A DNA stretch of 64,000 nt from a virus: IMG/VR virus record IMGVR_UViG_3300045988_162372, one strand, 5' to 3'. Both the position numbers and the translations under genes were made by a program. The notes under the pieces are model-generated. The model had not been told where the DNA came from, did not search any database, and saw nothing but the letters and a program-made list of their open reading frames with translations. Below are positions 1 to 9,394 of the stretch, in pieces; within the stretch, counting starts at the first letter, position 1; each line of letters opens with the position of its first letter.

Positions 1-703
1 CATTATTAATATCACCTATCACACTATTAATTTTTGCAGATGTATTAGCGATTGCCGTTTGATTAGCAATTTCTTGTTTTCCTCTTTCTTCAACAATCAT
101 CTTATTATATTCAGACATTTGTCTTTCAAAAGAAGTATTTAATTTTTCTACAGTTCCTTCTGCTTCAACATTTGATAGTTCAATATTACGTTTTGTATAT
201 AACGTATTTCTTCTATTTTGAATATCTTGTTGTTTTTTATCAGTTTCAGCAAATGCTTTGGCTGCTTTAGAAGCAATATCAAGAACAACAGAAAATACAG
301 TTAAAAAACCGCTGGCTTTACCCAATAATTTAGAGAATTTTTGCAATCCTCCCCCAGCAATTTCCATTGCTTTCCCTACCTTGCCGCCTCTTGTAGCTCC
401 TTTTTTACCCATTTTATATCCAAAAGCATCCATAAATCTTGCACTATTATCAAGATTCTGCTTTTGGTCTTTTTTATTAAACTTTTGATATGCTGTTCTA
501 AGAGAAGAATTGTTATCAGGTTTAGGTTTTCTTCTTGGTCTATTAGAGTCATTAGAATTATTGTTCGTATTATTAGAAGTAGATTTATTAAAAGCATCTT
601 GTAACTTATCAATTGTATCAATAAGTTTATCAATAGAATTATTTAATTTATCAAAATTTCTATTTCCATTTGCAATATTTCTCGACCGTCTATTACTTGC
701 CAT
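1..703 (-). CDS. partial CDS (first 234 codons; continues past the left window edge); hypothetical virion protein with tape-measure-like composition
   Basis: Absent from the supplied ORF track because no stop lies in the window. I translated the minus strand from ATG 703..701 (MASNRRSRNIANGNRNFDKLNNSIDKLIDTIDKLQDAF...GATRGGKVGKAMEIAGGGLQKFSKLLGKASGFLTVFSVVLDIASKAAKAF...) and found no stop down to position 1. The coiled-coil plus Gly-rich/hydrophobic segment resembles tape-measure or internal proteins, but that is only a guess. Confidence 0.55.
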   Translation of the reverse strand, partial: MASNRRSRNIANGNRNFDKLNNSIDKLIDTIDKLQDAFNKSTSNNTNNNSNDSNRPRRKPKPDNNSSLRTAYQKFNKKDQKQNLDNSARFMDAFGYKMGKKGATRGGKVGKAMEIAGGGLQKFSKLLGKASGFLTVFSVVLDIASKAAKAFAETDKKQQDIQNRRNTLYTKRNIELSNVEAEGTVEKLNTSFERQMSEYNKMIVEERGKQEIANQTAIANTSAKINSVIGDINN

Positions 704-737
704 TATACAATATTAATAGGTAATTTATATAAATAAA

Positions 738-765
738 TAACAGGATAATAAAAATTACCCTGTTA
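738..765 (-). terminator. hairpin terminator after the 763..984 ORF
   Basis: taacaggataat / attaccctgtta pair at 11 of 12 positions with loop aaaa; T-rich on the minus strand after the stem. Confidence 0.45.
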
Positions 766-984
766 CTTTTTAAGTGACCTCTTTTCTGCGTCAACTTGTT
801 TATTATGTGTAATTATATAGAACTTTCTTTCCTGAATCGGCATATTATATATTTCAGTCATAGATAATTTCATATACTTATGACAAAGCCAAATTTCCTT
901 TTTCAAATCTTTTTCATAATCCTTATATATTAAGGAAAATAGTATCGTCGATTGTAAGAAACGTATCAAAAGAGCCACCTCCAT
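763..984 (-). CDS. small hypothetical protein (start uncertain; alternative ATG at 873)
   Basis: 73-aa ORF overlapping the 3' end of the upstream gene by 62 nt. No recognisable motif. Confidence 0.3.
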   Translation of the reverse strand: MEVALLIRFLQSTILFSLIYKDYEKDLKKEIWLCHKYMKLSMTEIYNMPIQERKFYIITHNKQVDAEKRSLKK

Positions 985-2506
985 CGCTCTCAGGGATATT
1001 AACAGTTATATTGAAATCAACACCAGGCTTATTGTTCATCACATAAGTTCTATATGCATAAGCTTCCTTTGCACGCATATTGTTAATGTAATTTTCTATA
1101 TATGTCCTATCAGTATTACCATTAACGGAAACAGTATATTTTATCATCTGTTTAGTAATGACTTCTTCATATTCATGTTTAAAATTTTCATCCATTTTAA
1201 CATTATCTCCGATAATACTTTTCAAATCAGCAATACAATCGTCTGCATCTTGTTTATCATCATCATTAAAATTATTAAAATTTTTAAAACATTCTTGCAG
1301 ATTATTCAAATGTTCAATGGCATCAAATGCACTAATATTGATACGTTCATTAACTAAATCCCTTTTAAGTTCTTCCTCCTCTTCATAAGATAATACTTTA
1401 AATTTTAATTTAGTTCCACTCTCAGTAGTATAAGTAAACAACCCGTCCTTATCACCTTTCAAATTAAAAGGAAGATATTTTAATTGATTTAAATCAAAAT
1501 CAATGTCATACTTCTTACCAGTATCAGGGTTTGTTGCTGTAATAGGGAAACGACTTCCATAACCAGTAGCTCTAAGCCAAAGAATAACGGCATCTCTATC
1601 GCCTTTGCATAATTCATTAGATCTAACCCTCTTGTCAAGTATCTTTCTATCTAATATAACGTCAACAACTTTTCCATCCCGATACATATTAGGTGAAGCA
1701 ATGAGATTTTCATCAGATGCGGTCAGATATGCAACAGCAAGTCTTCCAATTTTATGAGGGTAGCATTGTCCGTCAGACGGAAGAGGAATCACATCGTATT
1801 GTACATAATCAGGAATTGTACTGTAATCAAAATCATAGCCGTTTACAGGACTATTTTCTGGAATTTCCTCTTCGTCCACTTCCATTTGAGGAACAATTTC
1901 TTCCTTTTTTTCTTCTATCTTCTCAACGGCAGGCATTTCAATAATATCCTCTGTGTTTTTTCTTCTACGTCTTGTTTGTTTTGCTGTGGTTTCTGTTACA
2001 TTTTCTTTCATTTCACTGTTATCAGATAATTCATTATCATTTCTTATGTAAGTTTGATTCATAAGTTTTGTCTCAAGTTCCAAATCCTGTTTAAACTCTT
2101 CATTTTTCTCACGTTTGACGTGTTTTCTATTCTTTTCTGTAAGACTGGATTTAACAGAAACAGTTGCTTGTGTATTTTGTTTATTCCTTAATCCTTCATC
2201 AGTCAATCCTTTCTTTTCAAGACGTTCTTGATATTTTCTTATATAATAAGGAGATACTTCCCTATATGAAGTATTACCCAAATCCTTCTCAGAAGCACCA
2301 TAATACACTTTTGCTTGTTTTCTATTGTCATCCATAGCAGTTTCAATGTCATTTATCGTCTTGGTTTTCGCAATATCATCTAATTTATCCGTACTCATGA
2401 CATTTTTCTTTGCTTCTTCGAGCATTTGGTTCTCAGCTTTCAATATAGCAAGTTCCCTTTTCCGTATTTCAGCCCTTTGTTCAGGTGTAAGTTCTTTTTT
2501 TGCCAT
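923..2506 (-). CDS. hypothetical structural protein; charged coiled-coil N-terminus; C-terminal domain possibly T4-type baseplate-hub-like
   Basis: 527-aa ORF. The C-terminal pattern LPSDGQCYP...LTASDENLI...LCKGDRDAVILWLRATGYGSRFPI recalls the small T4 baseplate-hub family as I remember it. Weak recall, no search done. Confidence 0.4.
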   Translation of the reverse strand: MAKKELTPEQRAEIRKRELAILKAENQMLEEAKKNVMSTDKLDDIAKTKTINDIETAMDDNRKQAKVYYGASEKDLGNTSYREVSPYYIRKYQERLEKKGLTDEGLRNKQNTQATVSVKSSLTEKNRKHVKREKNEEFKQDLELETKLMNQTYIRNDNELSDNSEMKENVTETTAKQTRRRRKNTEDIIEMPAVEKIEEKKEEIVPQMEVDEEEIPENSPVNGYDFDYSTIPDYVQYDVIPLPSDGQCYPHKIGRLAVAYLTASDENLIASPNMYRDGKVVDVILDRKILDKRVRSNELCKGDRDAVILWLRATGYGSRFPITATNPDTGKKYDIDFDLNQLKYLPFNLKGDKDGLFTYTTESGTKLKFKVLSYEEEEELKRDLVNERINISAFDAIEHLNNLQECFKNFNNFNDDDKQDADDCIADLKSIIGDNVKMDENFKHEYEEVITKQMIKYTVSVNGNTDRTYIENYINNMRAKEAYAYRTYVMNNKPGVDFNITVNIPESDGGGSFDTFLTIDDTIFLNI

Positions 2507-2526
2507 TATATATCAAATATTTAGTC

Positions 2527-3135
2527 TTAATTATCCACAACAAAAATTATTTTATTTACTAAAACAGCGTATTCAGAAGCGGAATATCCCTCAACCATCT
2601 TACACTCCTTAAAAATAGCGGAAGATTTCGCATCAGAGAATGTCATTTTGAAATCCTTTTTAGGAAGATTAAAAATTTTTTCTTCTTCAGTAAGTCTTGG
2701 ACTGTGGTTTATATGATTACTTTCTTTCAACCACATCTTCATTTCAGTTTCCAAGTCTGGATTAGATGCCAATTTTATCATTTTAAGAATAATGATGAAT
2801 TGTTCACCAGTTCTGTAAAACCTGATAAGCTCATCAATCGTTTCATCATTCCCTTTAATGTTTCTTACAATGCATTCACAGCTATTGTATTGGTATTCCT
2901 GCTTCACATAGTTTCTTTTTATCTTCTGCTTGCTTCCAAACCAAAGACTTCCACCGAATATGTTCCTTTGTCTGTCATAATTGGAAGAAACAAGCATACT
3001 GACACCATCTTTATACCGATTATAGTCTTCAGTCATAATCTGAATATACTTTCTATCTGTAAAATTAGGGTCATCATATCTAAAACCTTTTACAGGGTCT
3101 CCTATTGCATATGGTAAATAAAGAGTCGCTTTCAT
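2527..3135 (-). CDS. hypothetical protein
   Basis: ORF track gives 2527..3174. I prefer ATG at 3135 (MKATLYLPYAIGDP...) because the first 13 codons are hydrophobic and low-complexity. No motif recognised. Confidence 0.5.
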   Translation of the reverse strand: MKATLYLPYAIGDPVKGFRYDDPNFTDRKYIQIMTEDYNRYKDGVSMLVSSNYDRQRNIFGGSLWFGSKQKIKRNYVKQEYQYNSCECIVRNIKGNDETIDELIRFYRTGEQFIIILKMIKLASNPDLETEMKMWLKESNHINHSPRLTEEEKIFNLPKKDFKMTFSDAKSSAIFKECKMVEGYSASEYAVLVNKIIFVVDN

Positions 3136-3200
3136 TATTTTTTGAATAAAATTATTTATCAATAAAGATAACAAAAAATAATTCTAAAAACAATAGATAA

Positions 3201-3770
3201 TTAATGAGGCTTTTTCTTATTTTCTAATATAAGTCTTTTCTTTGTGTTTATCTTTACATATTTTGATAATTCATCAATCACTTTTTGAGGATTATTCCTT
3301 ATATCATCTTCCCAAAACCTCAACAATGTAACACAATTAAGTCCTGCCCATTGTGTTTTTAGTTTGTCAATGAATTTATTATGCTTTTGCATAGGGCTTA
3401 AATCTTCATTTGTATATTTGTTTGGGTTTCCATGATAATAATCACCATCTATCTCAATCAATAAATCAACCTGAAAAGATTGTCCGTCCTGTTTTACACA
3501 TTCTATACCATCTTTCACCTCCATTATGTAGTCTTTTTCAGTAACGCAAGTAACGGCAAAATCATAAAAACGTTTTATTGCCTTAGCTTCATATTGATAT
3601 ATGTACACCAATCCAAGTTTATCAAGGAAATTCTTGGCAAAATCTCTTTCCAACTTGGAAGTTCCGTATTTTTGGTTAGTTATATTCTTTCTTTTAATAA
3701 AAGGATTAGCTTTTCTTACGATTTTATTTCTCCTTTTGATTTTTCCGTCACCCTTTACTGGTTGTTTCAT
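3201..3770 (-). CDS. free-standing PD-(D/E)XK (Vsr/DUF559-like) nuclease, homing-endonuclease candidate
   Basis: Basic N-terminus (KIKRRNKIVRKANPFIKRKN) followed by FYDFAV...LLIEIDGDYYHGNP...KHNKFIDKLKTQWAGLNCVTLLRFWEDDI. This has the same D...(E/Q)xDG..(W/Y)H...D..K...L.R core as the nuclease domains at 26824..27960 and 17963..19417. Confidence 0.55.
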   Translation of the reverse strand: MKQPVKGDGKIKRRNKIVRKANPFIKRKNITNQKYGTSKLERDFAKNFLDKLGLVYIYQYEAKAIKRFYDFAVTCVTEKDYIMEVKDGIECVKQDGQSFQVDLLIEIDGDYYHGNPNKYTNEDLSPMQKHNKFIDKLKTQWAGLNCVTLLRFWEDDIRNNPQKVIDELSKYVKINTKKRLILENKKKPH

Positions 3771-3800
3771 ATTTTAACACAATATATTTGTCTATAACTA

Positions 3801-5735
3801 TTAACATTCAGCATTTTTCGGCTGTTCCTCTTCCTGTATAATGTCTGCATGTTGCACATCATCAATACTAAAGTCATAAACATTATTATCACGCTTTCTG
3901 AAACAGTCAATCAATCTCTTGATAAGTCTTGCGTAATATGCAGCTTGCTCAATAGCTATTCTTGCAGCAACATCAGAAGCAAGTGTTGCCAATAATTTCA
4001 TAAGCTCATTGAGAAGATATTGTATAAGTTGGTCTCTGACGGCACGAATAAGTGATGCGATGAGTTGCTTGAACATTGCCATGAAATCCTGTAAATTAAA
4101 GTTTGTTTCCCTTCCCAAAGTTTTAAGATTTATCAATATGAGAAGATATACTTTAGGTGAAAGAACAGAAAGTGTAATTACACAAGCAAGATGATTCATC
4201 AAGTTCTCAATAAAGTTCATTCTTACCCCAAAATTCACTTTACCAGTTTGTTCATAAGAAGTATCAGATATCGTGCCGCTTATTTCTGTAAGACTACCTT
4301 CGATAATAGATTGCATTTCTTGTTGCGTTGCGCTTTGGCTAATACCGTTCAAACTGCCAAGAATTGTTGACGGGTCTATTTTAACCGCACTGTTTTCCTC
4401 GCCATTAATTGAAAACAACCCACTTCTGTTCATTTCTGCTTTTTGCAGCATTGCATCATAATCGGCATTTGAAAAGGTAAAGAAACAATCACTCACAACT
4501 AAATCATCACTCTCAACAATATCTTGAACCATTTTCAATGTTTCGTTCTTGATAAGTTGTCTTGCATAAGAAAGATTGAGATGAATGTTCAATAAACCAG
4601 TTAATTGGTCTAATAATTGAGCTGCTACAACCTTTGAATCAAACAATTTCAATGAAGTGATATAATCATAATTAAACTCTATTAAAGTTTTACGATAATA
4701 ATAGTTTTCTTCGATGGGTTTATAATCTTTTGGTTTACCTAAAAATTCGTGATATTCATCTAATATGTTATAATATTCAGTATTAAGATTGGTGATTTCT
4801 TCATTCTTTACATTTATATTATTTTGAATATTATCTATCTCCGTATTAAGGGAAAGATATTGTTGCATATACTCATCATACGTGATAGTCTGTACAAGTA
4901 AAGATGTTGATAAATCGGCTATTTCATTGTGTTTCTCAGTTAAGTCACTTTGTAAATTTTCTAATTCTTCTTGTGCTTGGACTATTTCATTCGTTTTATC
5001 ATCCAACTGCTCTTGATATCCATCTTCATCCACATAATCGGTATTTCCGATAAATACATGAATACTGTTATTGAAAGGTGTCTGTATAGACATACCATTA
5101 CCTAAAGCATCTTTAATACCCATTGCCCTTTCATTGTATTCAAGGGTTATAATTCCGTCTATCTTTTCGTCTTTTGTACCTAACGCAGGACGTTCACCAT
5201 TTTCTTCATTAACCCTTTCATTTTTCCATACCTCTCTTTTGGTTGCTCTATTTTTCATATACCATAGAACCGCATTGAAATCTTCTGAGAATCTTGTATC
5301 ATCAGGCTTTGTCATTTCTTCACATCCAAAATAGAAATATTGTCCTATATTAGGGTCTGTAGGACAAGTTTGTAACAAATCTGTTATGTCAAGTTGCCTT
5401 AAATCAAATACAATACCCTCTCTTAACAAATCATCTGGTATATAAGGATTAATGGAACAAGATATAAGATTCTTGACGTTGGACATCAATATACCTTTCA
5501 CTGCAATCTCAACAGCATCAAGTTCATAAACAATGAAATTCGACAAAATTCTTATTAACGTATCATATCCTGCCGTATTTTTAAAAGCGTCCATTAAGAA
5601 AGTGAAAGGATTAGTTGAGGTATCCAGCGAAAGCAACGTATTTGTTGAATTCAGGTTTGGAAACTTGTCAATAATAGTAAGTGCTGCGTTAATCACGGCC
5701 AACGCATCATCTTTGACTTGCTTAATGTTTGCCAT
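3801..5735 (-). CDS. hypothetical large protein (central coiled coil; hydrophobic C-terminal segment)
   Basis: 644-aa ORF. Coiled-coil stretch QEELENLQSDLTEKHNEIADL...; hydrophobic VITLSVLSPKVYLLILINL near the C-terminus. Function unknown. Confidence 0.5.
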   Translation of the reverse strand: MANIKQVKDDALAVINAALTIIDKFPNLNSTNTLLSLDTSTNPFTFLMDAFKNTAGYDTLIRILSNFIVYELDAVEIAVKGILMSNVKNLISCSINPYIPDDLLREGIVFDLRQLDITDLLQTCPTDPNIGQYFYFGCEEMTKPDDTRFSEDFNAVLWYMKNRATKREVWKNERVNEENGERPALGTKDEKIDGIITLEYNERAMGIKDALGNGMSIQTPFNNSIHVFIGNTDYVDEDGYQEQLDDKTNEIVQAQEELENLQSDLTEKHNEIADLSTSLLVQTITYDEYMQQYLSLNTEIDNIQNNINVKNEEITNLNTEYYNILDEYHEFLGKPKDYKPIEENYYYRKTLIEFNYDYITSLKLFDSKVVAAQLLDQLTGLLNIHLNLSYARQLIKNETLKMVQDIVESDDLVVSDCFFTFSNADYDAMLQKAEMNRSGLFSINGEENSAVKIDPSTILGSLNGISQSATQQEMQSIIEGSLTEISGTISDTSYEQTGKVNFGVRMNFIENLMNHLACVITLSVLSPKVYLLILINLKTLGRETNFNLQDFMAMFKQLIASLIRAVRDQLIQYLLNELMKLLATLASDVAARIAIEQAAYYARLIKRLIDCFRKRDNNVYDFSIDDVQHADIIQEEEQPKNAEC

Positions 5736-5739
5736 AATC

Positions 5740-6135
5740 TTATTTTATCTTATATTCTTTTGGTTTATTATCATCATCCTCTTCTTGTGCCATCTTCTGA
5801 AGGTCATCCCATTTGAAGTTGTTGAATATATCACTGTTTTCCGAAGCTTTTGTCAAATTTCCGTTATACTTCAATATTTCACTCAACAACTTAGCGATTT
5901 CCAATTTCCTTCCAATTGCCTTGTCTTTACTTACAATAAAATCATTCATAGCCTTTGCATATTTTGCTTTTGCATCCATGATTTCATCGTTAAGCTGTAC
6001 AGAATTGGCGACCTTGTTCATTTGAATTTGTATTTCTTCAATATTTTTACAAGCCTCATTATAAAGTTCTTGTAATAATTCTTCTATTTTTTCAGGAGAA
6101 TTAAGTTTAACCTTAAATCTTTTTGGAGTTATCAT
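5740..6135 (-). CDS. hypothetical protein, acidic C-terminus
   Basis: 131-aa ORF immediately downstream of the sigma-like gene. No motif recognised. Confidence 0.5.
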   Translation of the reverse strand: MITPKRFKVKLNSPEKIEELLQELYNEACKNIEEIQIQMNKVANSVQLNDEIMDAKAKYAKAMNDFIVSKDKAIGRKLEIAKLLSEILKYNGNLTKASENSDIFNNFKWDDLQKMAQEEDDDNKPKEYKIK

Positions 6136-6162
6136 CTTTTATAAAAGCATTTATTAAGATAA

Positions 6163-6951
6163 TTATTCTTTCAAAAGTTTTTCTTTAAGGTTATAATACA
6201 TTTCCTTATATCTTCTGGATGCCTCACGTACTTCAGTCGTGCTTAACAATGTATACTCTTTAATAAAATACAATACGGATGTCTTGTTGAATTTCGTACT
6301 ACCCATACGTTTAAATAAATTACCCCAATGACTTAATAGTTCCAACAGGGCATATCCTACTTTTTCTTCATTCTTTGTGAGTTTCTTTTCAAGGACAACT
6401 TTTTTATTTAATATTCCATCTATTTCATTCTTCATCCCATCGATAAGTTCTTCATTTAAGTTCCAATTAAACAACTTTTTATCATCATCATTTCTTTGTG
6501 TAGGTTCTAAGAATACTTCATCATACGGATAAAACCTATCTCTTTGTTTCATATATGTGGTACGTTTAAGAATAAGGTAATTTTTACATACAGTACCACA
6601 ATACGAATATACTTTATAACCCTTTGTTACGTCAAAGTTATTGACTTTGGTTATAAGGAAAGAAAGTGTATCATAGAAAGTATCTGTAAAATCTTCTGAA
6701 GGAGTAAACAAATCATATCTTCTTATGATACTTTCAATCATCTTAGTAAACGCAGGAAGCAATTTTTCATTAAAAAGTTTATTTCTTTCGGCTTGGTCTG
6801 TACTTGTGATGTATTTGACAAATGCAGCTTCCTCTTCCTCGTAAAAATATCCTTTTCTATTTTTACCAGGTTTTCTACCTCTTTTCTTAGGTTTATTCTC
6901 AACCGCTACCTGAGTTGTTGTTTCTATTGCGTTTAAAGTTTCTAAAGACAT
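6163..6951 (-). CDS. phage late sigma factor-like protein (T4 gp55-like / sigma-70 region 2-like)
   Basis: LLPAFTKMIESIIRRYDLF...DTFYDTLSFLITKVNNFDVTKGYKVYSYCGTVCKNYLILK has the same layout as T4 gp55 (...[27 protein letters not shown]...) and sigma region 2. Basic N-terminus KPKKRGRKPGKNRKG. Confidence 0.5.
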   Translation of the reverse strand: MSLETLNAIETTTQVAVENKPKKRGRKPGKNRKGYFYEEEEAAFVKYITSTDQAERNKLFNEKLLPAFTKMIESIIRRYDLFTPSEDFTDTFYDTLSFLITKVNNFDVTKGYKVYSYCGTVCKNYLILKRTTYMKQRDRFYPYDEVFLEPTQRNDDDKKLFNWNLNEELIDGMKNEIDGILNKKVVLEKKLTKNEEKVGYALLELLSHWGNLFKRMGSTKFNKTSVLYFIKEYTLLSTTEVREASRRYKEMYYNLKEKLLKE

Positions 6952-6977
6952 TAGGTGTTACCATAATATTTTATCAT

Positions 6978-7799
6978 TTATTTTACTTCCTCAACATTAT
7001 CCACAATAATATCCTTCTTTCTGTCTTCCTTGTACGGATATTCCCTCACAGCCAATTCAAACCATTTCTGAATTTCAGTATCAGACAATGTATTGTTATA
7101 TTCGTCAGTAAGGCTGTTTTTACGTCCTACAACATGAGTATATCCTTCTTTTGGTACAACATATACCTTTAATCCATTATGCGTAGTACGAAGCAAAAAT
7201 TCATAGTTAAATGACACTTTAATTGAAGGTTTCAACATGCCAACGCTTATAAAATCTTTTTTGTTGAATATACCACCAGTAAGATTGAATGTTGAACAGT
7301 TTTGCAAACAATCAAAATCAATGAAACCAATATCATTAGAGAATGAAGAAGCCCATACAATTTCATTACCAAACTGCCATTTCGTTCTGTCTTCGCTATG
7401 TTGCGCATTGATAGGTAAGAATACGCTCACATCCTCATTTGAAAAATAATATTCATGAGCCATACTGAACCAGTTTTTAGCATATTCATCATCGTATTCA
7501 AGAATTGAGAAATAATCGGTAGAACAATTTTTAACACCACAGTTCACTTGGCTGCAAAAATCTGTCTGTCCTTCATTAACAGTCAAAATGAAACTGTCAT
7601 AAGAATATTTTAAAGCTAAATCTTCTACCTTATCAGCTAATACTGATTTAATGGCAGGAGGACATACAACCATCGTGATTAATTTCCCATTAGAATAAGT
7701 TTCAGCGTTATTAACCACACTTTCTATTGCCTTATCCATATATTCATCAAACGTATCGTCAATTTGATGTACAGGTATTATTATAGTAATATCTTTCAT
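6978..7799 (-). CDS. glycosyltransferase family 2-like (GT-A)
   Basis: ITIIIPVHQ N-terminal strand, NEGQTDFCSQVNCGV, and DxD-like DYFSILEYDDEY. Confidence 0.65.
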   Translation of the reverse strand: MKDITIIIPVHQIDDTFDEYMDKAIESVVNNAETYSNGKLITMVVCPPAIKSVLADKVEDLALKYSYDSFILTVNEGQTDFCSQVNCGVKNCSTDYFSILEYDDEYAKNWFSMAHEYYFSNEDVSVFLPINAQHSEDRTKWQFGNEIVWASSFSNDIGFIDFDCLQNCSTFNLTGGIFNKKDFISVGMLKPSIKVSFNYEFLLRTTHNGLKVYVVPKEGYTHVVGRKNSLTDEYNNTLSDTEIQKWFELAVREYPYKEDRKKDIIVDNVEEVK

Positions 7800-8950
7800 T
7801 CTTCAGTGGAGGTTTTTGCAATTATTTTTGTTTCTTCAAGCTCTTTGATTCTATCTTCCATAATTTTATTGAAAACATTGTCAGCAGAAATTTTCCAATC
7901 ATCAAATTTGTATTTGGCATTAGTCACATTCATAGCATTAATCAGTTCTTCTGGAATATCATCCCTCATCCAAGAGCCTATGACTGATGCAAGAATAGCA
8001 TGTACGTCATTGATGTTATTAAACCAAATGGCATTGTCACACAAAACTTCTCCGTCACTCATCCATTCCATAATATCTTCTGGTACTTTACCTATTACAA
8101 TACTTCCGCATCGCATAGCTTCAATAGGAGAATATCCGAATTGGGTATCCCTATCAATCCAAACAGTAATTGCACCTTCTTTCAAAAGTTCAGCATACTC
8201 TTCTCTTGGGAAATTTCTAATATCCCTAAAAGAAATAAACTTATAGATAGGATATTTCCAATAGAAAGGCTTGATTATCTTGTTTACATCGTTTTGGTCT
8301 TTTGCAACAATATTTACAATAAGTTTCTTAGGTTTAATACTTTCCCTAAAACAATCATCAATATATGGATTTAAAACCTTCGTTTTTAAATAAGGGAATA
8401 CACTATGAATACGTTTATCAAGCAAGTTAGTTGCACAAATAGCATCAAATATTCCATAATTAGACCATTGAACGCCAAGAGGTATAAATTCGGTTACATA
8501 ATTATAGTTCTGAAGTAATACATATCTTTTACAAGGAATATTATGTTTATATGTTTCAAACATAAGACTTGAGAATACTTCTGGAATAAACAAAAAGTCA
8601 GACGGTGCAACTTTCCATTCGTTCATTGAAATATTCAAATGAGGAAGTCCGTCATATTCTTTTCCCATCCATTCGCTTGCACTATGGAAGATTCTCGCTT
8701 CATCAATAGCAAGTTCTTTTTTATTCAATTCTTCAAGCTCTTCTTGTGTATATTCATTAGGAAGCTGATATATCATTTGTACATTATATCCATTATTAAA
8801 CAGATATTTAGCCAATTGATATACATAAGACATACTTCCATTAGGAATTCCTTTTGAATCAATAACAAAGAAAAACAATGTGCAATCCTTGTTCTTTATA
8901 TTTTCGATTGCATTATTTATACGTTCTATTACAACTTTATTATCAGCCAT
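7796..8950 (-). CDS. glycosyltransferase, GT-B fold (GT4-like)
   Basis: N-terminus LFFFVIDSKGIPNGSMSYVYQLAKYLFNNGYNVQMIY and C-terminal FGYSPIEAMRCGSIVIGKVPE (E-x7-E-like region). 4-nt overlap with the GT2 gene. Confidence 0.55.
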   Translation of the reverse strand: MADNKVVIERINNAIENIKNKDCTLFFFVIDSKGIPNGSMSYVYQLAKYLFNNGYNVQMIYQLPNEYTQEELEELNKKELAIDEARIFHSASEWMGKEYDGLPHLNISMNEWKVAPSDFLFIPEVFSSLMFETYKHNIPCKRYVLLQNYNYVTEFIPLGVQWSNYGIFDAICATNLLDKRIHSVFPYLKTKVLNPYIDDCFRESIKPKKLIVNIVAKDQNDVNKIIKPFYWKYPIYKFISFRDIRNFPREEYAELLKEGAITVWIDRDTQFGYSPIEAMRCGSIVIGKVPEDIMEWMSDGEVLCDNAIWFNNINDVHAILASVIGSWMRDDIPEELINAMNVTNAKYKFDDWKISADNVFNKIMEDRIKELEETKIIAKTSTEE

Positions 8951-9394
8951 TTATTCTAAATTCATTTCAGGATTATTTATTTCAAAGATAATACCACTAT
9001 GTAACAAAGTGTTAAAGGCTATTTTTTGGCCTAGGAATAAATCATCATCATTCTCAACCTTAATGATAGCCCCTTCTGGTGAATAATAAGGACTCACTAT
9101 TGTATTAAGTAAAATGCGTATGAAATCATAACGTACATTATTAAATGCAACATTATTATTTGATTTGGTTTCCGTAATTTCCTTACTTACAGCCCTAAAA
9201 TCGCCAATACTCTTTTCCTTGATGTTTTCATTGTCATCATCCTCATCAAGAGAAGTGTCAGCAAAAACCTGCGTAATTACAGTATTGGTATCTTTCTCAT
9301 TGTTTGGATTATGGGAAATGAATTCCATAAACTTATCCATATCTATCGCATAATAACGTCCGTTAAATTCATATAAACTACTTATCATATTCAA
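8951..9394 (-). CDS. hypothetical protein
   Basis: 147-aa ORF, tightly packed in the operon. Confidence 0.5.
   Translation of the reverse strand: MNMISSLYEFNGRYYAIDMDKFMEFISHNPNNEKDTNTVITQVFADTSLDEDDDNENIKEKSIGDFRAVSKEITETKSNNNVAFNNVRYDFIRILLNTIVSPYYSPEGAIIKVENDDDLFLGQKIAFNTLLHSGIIFEINNPEMNLE

Noticed and set aside
5533-6075. 180-aa plus-strand ORF. Similar long antisense ORFs occur at 2704..3117, 7764..8246, 15246..15728, 40206..40610, 43800..44222 and 51891..52223.
   Set aside because: All lie fully inside longer, motif-bearing minus-strand genes. They have hydrophobic low-complexity translations typical of AT-rich antisense frames.
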